A DNA stretch of 64,000 nucleotides, from assembly GCF_009914755.1 (NCBI RefSeq), contig NC_060939.1, one strand, 5' to 3'. The translations under genes and the position numbers were made by a program. This DNA is from the human T2T-CHM13v2.0 reference genome, Homo sapiens. A model generated the notes under the pieces. It did no database searches. It saw only the letters and a program-made list of their open reading frames with translations, and had not been told where the DNA came from. Of the stretch, positions 15,587 to 34,918 are shown in pieces; the stretch's first letter is position 1, and each line of letters starts with the position of its first letter.

Positions 15587-16786
15587 AGGTCGGGGGGGTC
15601 AGCCCCCCGCCCGGCCAGCCGCCCCGTCCGGGAGGGAGGTGGGGGGGGTCAGCCCCCCGCCCGGCCAGCCGCCCCGTCCAGGAGGGAGGTGGGGGGGTCA
15701 GCCCCCCGCCCGGCCAGCCGCCCCGTCCGGGAGGGAGGTGAGGGGGTCAGCCCCCCGCCTGGCCAGCCGCCCCGTCCGGGAGGGAGGTGGGGGGGGTCAG
15801 CCCCCAGCCCGGCCAGCCGCCCCATCCGGGAGGTGAGGGGCGCCTCTGCCTGGCCGCCCCTACTGGAAAGTGAGGAGCCCCTCTGCCCGGCCAGCCGCCC
15901 GTCCGGGAGGGAGGTGGGGGGGTCAGCCCCCCACCCGGCCAGCCGCCCCGTCCGGGAGGGAGGGAGGTGGGGGGGTCAGCCCCCCGCCCGGCCAGCTGCC
16001 CCGTCCGGGAAGTGAGGGGCGTCTCTGCCCGGCCGCCCCTACTGGGAAGTGAGGAGCCCCTCTGCCCAGCCAGCCGCCCCGTCCGGGAGGGAGGTGGGGG
16101 GGGTCAGCCCCCCGTCCGGCCAGCCGCCCCATCCGGGAGGTGAGGGGCGCCTCTGCCCGGCCGCGCCTACTGGGAAGTGAGGAGCCCCTCTGCCCGGCCA
16201 CCACCCCGTCTGGGAGGTGTGCCCAACAGCTCATTGAGAACGGGCCATGATGACAATGGCGGTTTTGTAGAATAGAAAGAGGGGAAAGGTGGGGAAAAGA
16301 TTGAGAAATCGGATGGTTGCCGTGTCTGTGTAGAAAGAGGTAGACATGGGAGACTTTTCATTTTGTTCTGTACTAAGAAAAATTCTTCTGCCTTGGGATC
16401 CTGTTGATCGGTGACCTTACCCCCAACCCTGTGCTCTGTGAAACATGTGCTGTATCCACTCAGGGTTGAATGGATTAAGGGCGGTGCAAGATGTGCTTTG
16501 TTAAACAGATGCTTGAAGGCAGCATGCTCGTTAAGAGTCATCACCACTCCCTAATCTCAAGTACCCAGGGACACAAACACTGCGGAAGGCCACAGGGTCC
16601 TCTGCCTAGGAAAACCAGAGACCTTTGTTCACTTGTTTATCTGCTGACCTTCCCTCCACTATTGTCCTGTGACCCTGCCAAATCCCCCTCTGCGAGAAAC
16701 ACCCAAGAATGATCAATAAAAAAAATAATAATAATAATAATAATAATAAAATAAATAAAAATAAAAATAAGACAAAAAAAATAAAA
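15587..16786 (+). mobile_element. SVA retrotransposon, 5'-truncated (VNTR + SINE-R + A-rich tail), antisense in AQR intron 5
   Basis: GC-rich VNTR (GCCAGCCGCCCCGTCCGGGAGGGAGGTGGGGGG), SINE-R from ~16220, AATAAA ~16715; 15-bp TSD ATAAACTCCCTCTTG at 15572-15586 and 16787-16801. Confidence 0.96.
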
Positions 16787-16804
16787 ATAAACTCCCTCTT
16801 GTGA

Positions 16805-17148
<344 letters not shown>

Positions 17149-17473
17149 ATTTGTACTTATTAATATAATTTCCATTTTGCCAGCTCCTGATGTAAGTTGT
17201 TATAACATATACCATTCTTTGTTTCAAACACAAAGCAGAAAAATAACTCACATTCATAAATTTTCAATTCATAGTAAATTATTAAATCGTTTGAAGAAAG
17301 TATTGAAACCAAAAGAAAACATATCTTTCACATACCCATTCTTTTTCTCAATATTTGCTTTATTACTGGGTAAAGTTCTGCTCTAAAAGCACCACTATCA
17401 GTAAAAGTTCTGCCACTTTGTAATGGCTTATGTGGGTCAGTATGAAAGCTATGAAGTACTTTAAATCAGTTAC

Positions 17474-17594
17474 CTCCCATGCAGGCACGTTTTCTCTAAA
17501 CTTCTCATTCACCATACAGCAGATTGACATTAAATAGGCCTTGCTAGATACCTCAGGAGAATAATTCATCCAGAGATAATTTTCAAGATACTGG
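17474..17594 (-). CDS. AQR: AQR exon 5 ([11 protein letters not shown]...VPAWE)
   Basis: tttacag| ... GAG|gtaact; 121 nt, phase 2-0; seen within ORF 17363..17626. Confidence 0.96.
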
Positions 17595-17731
17595 CTGTAA
17601 AGAGTAAAAAGCATAGAATACTTCATTAGTTACCACCACTCACTGTAATACATAACTCACCCAGAAAAGCATAATTATTTACAACTTTCTGAAAATATTT
17701 TGGAAATCTCTATTTATAACTTGGAATCCTT

Positions 17732-18023
17732 GGCTGGGTGTGGTAGCTCATGCCTGTAATCCCAGCACTTTGGGAGGCCGAGACGGGTGGAGGTCAACTC
17801 CTGACTTGAGGTCAGGAGTTGTGATATGGTGAAACCCCATCTCTACTAAAAATACAAAAATTAGCTGGGTATGGTGGCACACGCCTGTAATCCCAGCTAC
17901 TCAGGGGGCTGAGGCAGGAGAATCACTTGAACCCGGGAAGAAGATGCAGTGAGCTGAGATTGCGCCACTACACTCCAGCCTGGCCAACAGAGCTAGACTC
18001 CATCTCAAAAAAAAAAAAAAAAA
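17732..18023 (+). mobile_element. AluS with rearranged left arm
   Basis: dimer; TSD AACTTGGAATCCT. Confidence 0.88.
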
Positions 18024-18202
18024 CTTGGAATCCTCCACAAATTTACCTGCAGTCTAGGTCACTGCTACCAGCTACAAATTTATATATAGAAAATACAGCT
18101 TTGGAGAATGACAGTCCTATAAATTCAAATAAAAAGGTATCAAACGTTGCCAACATACATAATTATCACCACCAAACCACCGGATATTCCCTTACTTAAG
18201 GC

Positions 18203-18505
18203 TTTTTTTTTGTTTTTTTGAGACGGAGTTTTGCTCTTGTGGCCCAGACTGGAGTACAATGGCGTAATCTTGGCTCACAGCAACCTCCACCTCCCGGATT
18301 CAAGCAATTCTCCTGCCTCTGCCTCCTGAGTAGCTGGGATTACAAGAATGTGCCACCACGCCCGGCTAATTTTTTGTATTTTTAGTAGAGACGGGGTTTC
18401 TCCATGTTGGTCAGGCTGGTCTTGAACTCCCAACCTCAGGATCGATCCACCCACCTCAGCCTCCCAAAGTGCTGGGATTACAGGCATGAGCCACTACACT
18501 GGGCC
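18203..18505 (-). mobile_element. AluSp-like
   Basis: full dimer. Confidence 0.88.
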
Positions 18506-18538
18506 TTTAACTTTAAGGCTCTTCTTAAAGTAAAAGTT

Positions 18539-19198
<660 letters not shown>

Positions 19199-19233
19199 TC
19201 TTCTGAAACTCCTACTAAGCCTTCTCATTCTAG

Positions 19234-19596
<363 letters not shown>

Positions 19597-20599
19597 CTCT
19601 TTGCTATTTTCTAGTTAATTCTCTCAGATCTATTTTCTAGTTCATTCCCTCAGATCTATTTTCTAGTTCATTAATTCCTTCTTTACCTGCGTCTAACATG
19701 TTATTTATTTTGCTAATTGAGTTTTTAAATTTCAGTGATTTTTTATCTCCATTTCCCTCCCCCACGTCTATCCATTTTTAGTATCTTGTTTCTTTCTCAC
19801 ATATTATATTTCTTCTCTTATGCCAATAATAATTTTAAACATAATGACTTGACAGTGTGTATCAATTATTTAATTATCTGAAGTTCTTGGTGGTGGGGGC
19901 AGGGGGGAAATATTTGTTCTCTGCTGTTCACTCTTGCTTATAGTAGAGAATATTACCCTAATGTGCTCTGTAATTTGGGAGTATAAACTCACCTTTACCA
20001 AGGTTTTATTTATAGAGTTTTCTGCAGTATAGTTGGAATACATATGCTTCCAGAGTATCTTTATAACTGTTTCTGCCAGATGTCCCACAGATGTCACTGG
20101 CTTGCCACAGTTTTTAAGAGTAAAGTCTTATCTTGGGTGTTATCTGACTACACAGCAAATTCCAAACCTATCTTAAAATCTCTTAGATGAGAAAACTGAG
20201 GTAATGAGAGTCAATGATTTGCCTGATTACACAGGTATGGTCCTGACTCCAAACTACATCTCTTTTCTTCAGACTTAAGGATTTGTTCAATAACTTCCTG
20301 ATCCTATTTCAGCAATTGCAGCAAATTCTATACAATACTGATATAAAATAATGCCTTCCTCTAATGATTTTCATCCATGGAAACCCTTTTCTCAGTTCAC
20401 TTCCCTATATCCAGCTACCTTCTCCATGCCATCTTACTTTCCAGTTTAGCAAGAAACCATCAATTACTCTCTACAACAAACTTTAGACTGGTTATGTTTG
20501 GAAGTTGGCCCAGGGAAAATGATATTGTCACATAAAATTAAATAAGAGTTCCTGAAAGGTAACAACTGACTTTTTCAGCTATTAAAAATTTTTCACTGT

Positions 20600-20941
<342 letters not shown>

Positions 20942-22093
20942 TCAGTTCCTGCCATTCTCTTGGTTTCTGGACTCTAGAATTCTGGTTAATTCTAACTGCA
21001 TATTGGTAGCCTCTTGATTTTAATCTGTCTTCTTGAAAGGAGGCACGATATGATGGAAAGAGCATATTTATCTCAGGGCGAGATGGGTCCAGTTTCTAGC
21101 CTCAGTTTTCTCCCCTACAAAATAAGGAAGATCTTACTGGTGTTGTTGTCAGGATTAAATAAGATCATTTAATAATAATACAGTCCTTAGGATACAGGAG
21201 GCACTCAACTTACTAGTTAATTCATAATAATAAATTTCAATTTCCCTCTAGAAAAACGATAAGACCATCTACTTCATGTCATTTTTTTTGTAAGGATCAA
21301 ATGTGTATGTAGGAGTAACAATTATTAACACAGAGGCCCTGACCTCTGATGTAAACCAGATGTCAAGGAAGTGTAGAGAAGTGGAAAACCATGAGCTTTG
21401 GCATCAGACATTGGTATCCCAGCTCTGCCAATTACTTAGAGCAAAGAATTTAACCTCTCTGATCTCAGCTTCTGTTTCCAGTAAATACAGAGGATAGTAC
21501 TTACTTCACAGGATTGTTGTGAGTACTCTGTATGTAAAATGCTTAACACTGTGGTGAGCACAAAACTGGTGTTCTGTTTGAGAAATGGTAAATGTAACTA
21601 TCATCAACAACAATCCTGGCTCTTATTTTCAGCATACTGGCTACATCTGGTTGCAACATAATCTAATCTACCTTTGCAATCTAAAAATCATACATTATCT
21701 TTTGTCTGAAATATTTATATTACTAGTAGCTAGACTGGAACAATGTTACCTTGATGATAACATTTTAGCTTGGCAGGGAGAAAAAGTGGCTATAGAACAC
21801 ACTCTAATTTATTTCCACTGATCACTACAGAAACCAAGTTTGAGTTCAGAAATTATTCACCACATGCTAGCTTAACAAGTAAGAAACAAATCAAAACACA
21901 AGCTATTCTGGCAATGGGCCATCATCTTTGAAAACAAAGGCTATCATATACATATTCCAAAATAAGCCAATCACAGAAATATAAATCTTCACAAATTTAG
22001 ATTTTCTTAGTGACTCACAGAAATAACACAGAAAATTTAGCTAAAACTGAAATCACATTATCTCTTTCATCAATGGAATGCCTTATAACTTAC

Positions 22094-22129
22094 CTAAATT
22101 CCAAGAGCATTATCTTTCTAATAGCAAAC
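22094..22129 (-). CDS. AQR: AQR exon 4 (FAIRKIMLLEF-S)
   Basis: ttttcag| ... AG|gtaagt; 36 nt, phase 2-2. Confidence 0.94.
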
Positions 22130-23116
22130 CTGAAAACATAAAAATAAATAAAATGTTTAAAATAGAGAATACAAACGTTTCAGAGTTATTAACACAAATG
22201 CATTTAGGGATGTTTTGTTTCCATATTAACCCATCTATCAAAATTCATAATATCAGATCACAACTTCTAATGTCAGTTCAACTTCTTAAGCACTGACCAA
22301 CATGTTTTCATTTAATACTCAAATGGAAACACTTTGCTAGAGTCATGCCTTCCTAAAAGCACGCAGGACACATATCTATATTGCAAATGTGAAAATCAGA
22401 CGTTTCACTTGCTTCTTAGTGTTGACAGTGAGCTTAAAATACTAAAATATTGTGGAGGAAATATCAGATATTTGTCTTTAATATACTGTCTTTTTTAAAT
22501 AGAATTACTTTGTTTTATATGAATAAACAATGATATAGTCATGTTTGTCCCAAACATACTTACGCTGTCCCGAAGCAGACACAAATGGCCACTAATTTAG
22601 CTTTATCGTTTTATAATATTGGAAATAGATCAGAACACTGTCACTAGATAATTGTTTCCAGCTTTGAAAATTAAAAATACATGTATTATGAATTTATAAT
22701 GCCCCAGGAAACCACTATCCTGTCAAAAATCCTATTCCACTGATTTCTGATCTCTTACATAGTTTCACTGAGCATGCAATGTCACAAAACTTTAGTGAGA
22801 ATGAAATGAAGGTTTTTACTATGCAAAAGACAGAATATTGCCAAAGTACTGGCTTCTACAGGCAGCCAAGATGCTAAGTGGATAGGCCATCTTGAGTGAC
22901 ACACTCTAAATCTCCAACTGCAGACATTTCACTTGAATTAACTGTATGTTAGACAACAGAATTCACTCACTGCCCACTATACACAAAACTCTACATTAAA
23001 TTTCTTCAGTCACAAATAGGACCTCATGATAAAAGACAGAAAATCCTGGCTCATAAGATAGAATACCAGTGTTCTAGTAATGACTCAGTGTTACTTTGAC
23101 AATGTCTTTTAAACAT

Positions 23117-23424
23117 TTTGTTTATTTTTTTCTTTTTTACTGAGACAGAGTCTTGCTCCATCGCCCACACTAGAGTGCAGTGGCACGATCTCGGTACACT
23201 GCAACCTCCGCCTCCCAGGCTCAAGCAATTCTTGTGCCTCAGACTCTTGAGTAGCTGGGATTACAGTCACGTGCCACCACACCTGGCAAATGTTTTGTAT
23301 TTTTAGTAGAGATAGGGGTTTCCCCATGTTGTCCAGGTTGGTCTCGAACTCCTGAGCTCAGGTGATCCACCCACCTCAGCCTCCAAAAATGCTAGGATTA
23401 CAGGCGTGAGCTACCACACCTGAC
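23117..23424 (-). mobile_element. AluS
   Basis: full dimer; TSD GTCTTTTAAACATT. Confidence 0.88.
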
Positions 23425-23520
23425 GTCTTTTAAACATTCTGCAATTCAGTTTCCTCATGTATAAAAATGGTAGAGCAGCCAACTTTCCTTTATGATAACT
23501 AGACAAGTGAAAAATAAGTC

Positions 23521-23816
<296 letters not shown>

Positions 23817-23920
23817 TGAAAAATAACTCTTGGTAAGTCAAAATAAAGCAAAAGCAGTCTGAAAAACATTCAATTCCTCTTCTAGCAATCTCAGTGGTAT
23901 TTATTAAATTTGGAGTTTTA

Positions 23921-24379
<459 letters not shown>

Positions 24380-24834
24380 TCACAAATATAAATAATTTGA
24401 AGGATATTTGGATGGTTATTTTTTTAAGTTACCAATATTTACTGAGAGCATGCATTATGCCTGACACTGTGCCAAGGACTTAACGTGCATTTCATTAAAT
24501 CCTTCCAAAGTTGAATAATTTATGTATGATAAACTGGATCTATTACTGTATCATTAAATATGATAAGAAAAAGAGAAGGGGCCACACAAATGAGAGTTCT
24601 TTTCTATTACATTCCCCCCTATCCCAACAACCTCCTCTTTTCAGACGACTATGTGAAATACGAGGTCTGGAGCTGTGGCAGCCCCACCACAACCATACGG
24701 AAAAAATCAATAAAACCTTTTGACAAGATTGACAAGGGCCTTGACATTATTAACTTCTGAGCTACCTACTTCCAGATCTGTTAAGCAGATGATTAAAACA
24801 ACAAGTAATAACAGTGAACAAAAGAAGCCAGCTA

Positions 24835-25170
<336 letters not shown>

Positions 25171-25576
25171 CTATTTATTTATTTAAAGTTGAAAAAGAAC
25201 CAAAATTATAGTGTTCTTGTTTGCATACTTACATATTATAATGATAAAAAAAAGAAACAAGCAGAGAGCTTCTGGAACACTGACAATGTTCGTGGAGTTT
25301 TTCAGCCTAGGTGGTGGTTATGAATTATTACTATAATTCGTAAGGCTATACATTTGTTTCATGCTGTTTTCTGTGTTACATTTCATAATAAAAGAGTCCA
25401 TACATTTCAAATAAAAATAAGCACTTTGGGAAAAGTAAATTACTCTGTAAATCACCCTTTTTGAAAGCATAAAAACCACTTAGTTGGTTCATAACAGGAT
25501 TAAACATCATACCGGAGTGTACTAGTTAAGAGGTTTCTAGAAGGCAAAGGACTCTTATTTAAGAACAGAGTATTCA

Positions 25577-25901
<325 letters not shown>

Positions 25902-25939
25902 TCAGAAAAAAAAAAAAAAAAAAAAGAACCAGGGAACCA

Positions 25940-26140
25940 GGATTCAATACCTGGTGTGCCTCTAAATACTGGGAAACATCTTGGGCAAGTTATTTAACCT
26001 ATCCACTTCAGTTTCCTCATCCATAAAATGAGGACAATAATAGTGTTACAGGGTTGTTGTGGGAATAAATGAGCTAGATGCTTAGAGCAGAATGCAAGGT
26101 GCTTACAGCAGAATCTGGCACATAGTAAGCACTTAACTAT
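25940..26140. mobile_element. MIR
   Basis: TTGGGCAAGTTATTTAACCT ... CAGTTTCCTCATCCATAAAATG core. Confidence 0.65.
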
Positions 26141-26365
26141 TATTTTTCAAATATTTTTAAAATCAAACTTGGATGAAGAATTCATTAAGATAAGCCTGCC
26201 AAATCTGATAATGGCAAGAACAGCAAATATGAATCAATTGTGTAATGTACCATACAGTAACATGGCTGTTACATCAAGCCATTCCCCCAATACTGAAAAT
26301 GCCGTGAGCACATAGCTCAGCAAAATAATTTCCTCAGGACCTAGCCTAAAAAACTGGTCATTTAA

Positions 26366-27030
<665 letters not shown>

Positions 27031-27136
27031 TAAAAAACGTGTCCAAGATAAGAAAACGACTGTTAAAAGTGCCAAGATAAATCTTAGCCATGCCAAAGAC
27101 AGCTACTTCTTTCAGAACTAAGAATAACATAGCGGT

Positions 27137-27722
<586 letters not shown>

Positions 27723-28029
27723 ACACATTGTGCAATGGCGCAATCTCGGCTACACAGAAGAGAGCTACATATAAAAAGCAGCCAAATGTATATGGCTTAA
27801 AAATCATTAGCAGCTTTTGGTTGTTATAAAAAATCACCTCTGAAGAAGAAATATTAATAGCAAGGGTTTAAATGAAAAAATAAACAATCACTTTCCACTG
27901 GAGTGAAAATCTATTCTGAAGATTCAAAATAATTTTCAAACTAGTATAACCTTAATATAGAAGAAAAAATGATACCAGAATTAATCCACCCACTCATCTT
28001 TAGTTTTCTCAAGAAATTTCATTCATACT

Positions 28030-28360
28030 CACCTTCAGACCATATGTTACAAATCTGCTCAAATGTCCTACTTTCAGAGAGAATTTGCCTAATTATTCTG
28101 AAATACCAGCCCTTGTCTCTATCCTCTAACCACACTTTAATTCACAGCATTTACTGTCTCCTGACATTACATTACATATAGATATATAGATATAGATATA
28201 GATATAGATATAGATATAGATATAGATATAGATATATAGATATCTGTCTGTCCGTCTGTCTGACCTACTAGAATGTAAGCTCCAGGAGAGCAGGGATCGT
28301 ATCTCCCCTCTTTTCTGTTGTACTGTTAGCATCGAAAAGGTGGCTAATACAAAGTAGGCT
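28030..28360. mobile_element. L2 3'-end fragment containing a (GATATA)n microsatellite
   Basis: CTAGAATGTAAGCTCCAGGAGAGCAGGG L2 signature. Confidence 0.55.
28177..28244. repeat. (GATATA)n microsatellite
   Basis: about 11 tandem GATATA units. Confidence 0.9.
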
Positions 28361-28372
28361 CAACTCAGTCTC

Positions 28373-28676
28373 TTTTTGTTGTTTGTTTTGAGACAGGGTC
28401 TCACTCTGTTGCCCAGGCTAGAGTGCAGTGGCACAACTGTGGCTCACTGAACCCTTAACCTCCTGGGCTCAGGTGATCCTCCCACTTCATCCTCTTGAGT
28501 AACTGGGACTACAGCCATACGCCACCATGTCCAGCTAATTTTTTGTGTTTTTTCTGGACACAGGGTTTTGCCATGTTGCTCAGGCTGGTCCTGAACTACT
28601 TACTGGGCTTGAACAATCCACCCACCTCGGCCTCCCAAGGTGCTGGGATTACAGGCATGAGCCACCATGCCCAGCC
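28373..28676 (-). mobile_element. AluJ
   Basis: diverged dimer. Confidence 0.85.
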
Positions 28677-29027
28677 AACCCAATCTCTTTTGAGCTATAC
28701 ACCTGGATATCCAACTGCCTATTCCATATCTCCATCTTCATAGCTCTTAAGTAGCTAGAATTCAATATATCCAAAAGTGAAATAAAGATCTACACCCAAT
28801 CCTACCCCCAACAACGTGGCAAAAGTCAGTAATGGCATCACTAATCACTCAGCAACTTAAGCAAAAAATTTTAGGATCATCTTTGATTCTTCCTTTTCCT
28901 ACATCTGCCACATCCAAACATCAAGTCTCTCCACCTCTATCTTTCTCAAATGGACAATTCCGCTCCCAACTTTCCACACAAGCCAAATCTATGACATCTT
29001 GAAGCTGACTACTACAATGCTCACCTA

Positions 29028-29222
<195 letters not shown>

Positions 29223-29982
29223 TCAAATACCACTGTGCTTACAACTCTTCTTACTTCCTACTGTTTTCCAAATAAAGAACAAAATCCTGAAGATGGCCTT
29301 TGACCCATTTAGTCAAATATCCTTTTAAAATACTCACTGGACATACATGTCTGCAGGTGTATATACAAAAAGATGCCTAAGACACGCTGTTAAATTTTTT
29401 AAAAGAAGCATGATGAAAAATAGCATGTAGAGTACAAACCCTTTTGTGTTTGAAAAAACATGTGAAGGCGTGGGGAATAGAACAGATGTATATGAACCAT
29501 ATACATGAACCAGGGATTGGGGGCAGAAAAGATGATTTATTGAAACTCACCCCTTACAGCATATTGCTCAAAAATAATTTTTATCACTTCTGTGTTTATT
29601 ATTATACATTTTATACATTACATATGTATACTATATTATTGTAAATTTAATAATGTCTTACTTTCATAACTTTTTAAGAATATTTTTAAAAGGTGAATCA
29701 GAAATAATACTAGTAATAAAATCTTCATGTTTACTTTTTCTCAAATTCCATCTAAATCCAAATAAACCCTATGGGATTTGATACCTCTAATCTGAGCCAA
29801 AAGTTAGAAGGCAAAAAATAATTTATGACTCTTCAGCACCTAAAGTTTTTCTAGTCACCATTGCCCTGACGACCAGTTTGAAACAGAAAAAGGGTTCAAG
29901 TTATGATCACATTTAGAAGTTCAGCCAAGATCCAACTTGGTCCACCCCAATCACATTGTATAAAATTTAAATTCATTCCTAC

Positions 29983-30023
29983 CTTGATTTGACAATCTCT
30001 TTTTCATATATATCTTCAATAAC
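29983..30023 (-). CDS. AQR: AQR exon 3 (VIEDIYEKEIVKS-R)
   Basis: aacag| ... AG|gtagga; 41 nt, phase 0-2. Confidence 0.94.
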
Positions 30024-30538
30024 CTGTTATAAAAATATAAAAATGTTTAATATCTCAACAACTTTTTTCAACCCTAAATTGACAGTTTTTAATGAGTGAG
30101 ATTATATAAAATAAGTTGGTTTAGGAAAGCCATCAAATATTACTGCTATTGAAATAATGAGATATTTAAAATAATCCCATTATATTCCTCGAAATATGAA
30201 ATTAACAGAAAGCAAAGTAGAAAAAACAAATAATAAAACAGAGCCCTAGATTCATTAAAATGATGTGCTTATAAAGATTTTTAGGGAAAATAAAAATTCA
30301 CAAGATCAGGATTTTTTTTAAACTTAAAGTGTATAAATGTTATGAGACTCCATTTGAGAGTCATAACTGTGTGCCTGCAAAACCCAGAGAGAAAATAATT
30401 TAAAAGTGTGAAGACATAACAGACACAAATTCTAATTGTTACATCTCTTTATCCAAATGAATATGATAGAGCTTCAGAATTTCCATTCATTTGAGTGAGG
30501 GTGGGCAGAATGGTGTACTACTTAAGAATTCAGACTCT

Positions 30539-31120
<582 letters not shown>

Positions 31121-31233
31121 ATCAATAGCAGCAGTAGTAGTGCTAGCATTAATAATAGTAAAAAAAAATACTACTGTAAAATTATGAAGTGCTTTAACAT
31201 GCTATAATATTATTGTATGGTAACTATAATGTC

Positions 31234-31530
31234 TTTTTTTTTTTTTTTTGAGATGGGGTCTCACTCTGTCACCTAGGGTGGAGTGTAGCAGTGCAATCAC
31301 AGCTCATTGCAACGTCTGCCTTCCAGTCTCAACTATCCTCCAGCCGCAGCCTCCCAAATAGCTGGGACCACAGGCATACACCACCATACCCACCTAATTT
31401 TTTGTATTTTTGGTAGAGATGGGGTTTCACCATGTTGCCCAGGTTGGTCTTGAACTCCTGAAGTCAAGTGACCTACCGCCTCAGCCTCCCAAAGTGCTGG
31501 GATTACAGTCATGAGCCATGGTACCTAGCC
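31234..31530 (-). mobile_element. AluJ
   Basis: diverged dimer. Confidence 0.85.
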
Positions 31531-31695
31531 TATAATATCTTTTAATTGCTCCAAGTACATTTGTGAAATAAGTATTTGTGAGTGGTAAAGGGAGGGAGGC
31601 GATAAGGAAAACAAGTCTTGTTCAATCTAGATGAAATGCTCTGTTATTGTTTTCATCAAATTTCAAATTAAATAATAAAATAAAGATTACTGGTT

Positions 31696-32000
<305 letters not shown>

Positions 32001-32204
32001 GATTACTGGCAAAAACAAATATATATTCGTAAGAATTTAAGTTCAAATAAAGTAAGAAATTTTGGGTAAAAAGTTCAGTTTTACCAACAGTGCCTAAAGC
32101 ATCACCATTAAATTTATAATGGCAAAGCTTAAGAGTCTTCATTACTTGTTGAATGGTATGCAGTGTCAACATCTATTTCATTTAAAGACCTCACTCTCTT
32201 TAAG

Positions 32205-32487
32205 GGACAGGGTCTCATTCTGTTGCCCAGGCTGGAGTGCAGTGGCCTGATTACAGCTCACTGCAGCCTCAAGCTCCTGGGCTCAGTCAGTCATCCTCCC
32301 GCTTCAGCTTCCAGAGCAATTGATACTACATGTGTGAGCCACTGCACAAGCCAATTTTTTTAATTTTTTTGTAAAGGCGAGATCTCACTACTGTCCAGTC
32401 TAGTCTCAAACTCCTGGCTTCAGGTGATCTTCCCTCTTTGATCTCCCAAAGCACTAGGATTATACGCATGAGCCACCACACCTGGCC
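32205..32487 (-). mobile_element. AluJ
   Basis: diverged dimer. Confidence 0.8.
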
Positions 32488-32851
32488 TTAGACCTCTCTT
32501 TAAGAACCTAATCCAATGAGAATTAACCCTATATTTGGGAATTTGTCATATTATTTGTTCTAAATTGCTTCAGTTGGACTTATTCAATTGAATAAGTTCA
32601 ATTCCCTTATTGAATATTACTGGACTTAAGTTATTACACTATACAACTGCTGCTCCTTCCATCTTTATTATAGACCTTTACCTCATTCACCACTCTAAAA
32701 ACAAGATAACCCAACAGATTTAATCCTAAATGAACTATCAAAAACTTGTACAAAAATTTCTGTATATTTACAAAGATATTTATTACATGATCATTTATAA
32801 TAATGATAAATTAAAAATAACCTAAGAATCTATAAACAGAAAAACAGTTAA

Positions 32852-33170
<319 letters not shown>

Positions 33171-33442
33171 ACATACACATTTTTGTTAAGGCTTAAAGAA
33201 AATACAACAAAATGGTAAGAGAGGTTATCTCTGTGTAGTGATTATTTTCTTATGTGTAGTTTCTATGTCTTCCAAATTTCCTAACATAAATCATTGCTAA
33301 GTTTGATAAGCAAAAAATTGTATTTTTTGTAGATCGTTAGGTTGTTTTTAATTTTAAAAAAATTATGGAAAGCTTTTGTTGAAATAACCCTTTAAAAGGA
33401 GTGTAACTTCTCAAGAATTATGTTGAAACCAAAAATACTTAC

Positions 33443-33499
33443 CTTTATATCAAAAGGTGATTTCTTCTTGATGTGGGGAGCCCAGTATTTACATGCTAA
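33443..33499 (-). CDS. AQR: AQR exon 2 ([19 protein letters not shown])
   Basis: ttgcag| ... AAG|gtaagt; 57 nt, phase 0-0. Confidence 0.96.
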
Positions 33500-34584
33500 C
33501 TGCAAAGTAAACAGTATAAACAGTAAGTCCCAGATTCTTGCCATTGTAGAGCTGGAAGACAGATCATTTAGTGATAAGCGGTTTCTTAACAAGGCCCTAC
33601 TCGGCACTGGGGGACAGAGTATATCTGAAGGCACTACACAGGCATGCAGGCCAGTTGGCATCCTTGACCCCAAACCACTAAATGCCAGTAGTGCTTTGCA
33701 CTACAACATGCCATTGTGATATAAACAAACAAACAAAATCCTCTCCAACCACCCTAGAGAAACAATACAGCTCAGTTAATAACCACAGAGCCAAACATCT
33801 TCAGCATGGCAATAAGGAAACCCTGGTCTAGAAAAAATAAGTGATCTGCCCAAGATTACAGTTAGTTAATAGTTGAGCAAGTATTACAAATGATACTCAA
33901 AATCTTCATGAATGCTTTCCTAAAATAATGAGCCTTTAAATGATTAGTTCACACCCATAACAAAACCTAAAAAAAAAAAAAATTGTAGTCTATCGGCTGC
34001 TTATTACAGAGAATATAAGAGCTGGCATATTTCAGCAGATTAGGCTTGACCTGTAAATTGTGAAATTTAAACAAATATATAACTCTCTCTACATATTTAA
34101 AGAAACAGCATAGTCTTATTCATAGGGTTTTGTTTTAAAACCCAATTATAATCTCTTTAAAAATAGAAAACTGGCAAGCACAAAGACTCAATATATTTAT
34201 AAAAAGGTGACTACTCTGCAGTGTCTGGCATATCAGAGGCACTAATAAAGTCTGATGGATGAATGGATGGACAAATGAAGCAAAATCTGAAATGTTACTT
34301 CTGTGAGGCTGTCCTCAACACTACCTGATGGTGACAATTGCTTTCTCCTTCTCTTCATTTTGTATATAACTCTTTATAATCTTACCTTTCTATATTATAA
34401 ATATTTGATTGCTTATCCATCTTTCCTTCTCATTTAATTGGAATACTTAAGAGATGGGACTTGTTTTCTTTGCTTTTATAGCTCAGTGATGAACACATAC
34501 AACACACTTAAAGAGCCTCCCAGGCAGTTAGGACACTGGCCCTGAGGAATAGCCTCTAAAAATATTACAGTAACTTCCTACTTA

Positions 34585-34918
<334 letters not shown>

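Noticed and set aside
15587-16220. Regularly spaced GC-rich repeats superficially like a CRISPR array
   Set aside because: No unique spacers and no cas genes; this is the SVA VNTR in human DNA.
15584-16712. Pro/Gly/Arg-rich repetitive ORFs
   Set aside because: Reading frames through the SVA VNTR and SINE-R.
33560-33790. Possible MER20-like hAT element just upstream of AQR exon 2
   Set aside because: Similarity too degraded to assign by eye; needs a Dfam search.
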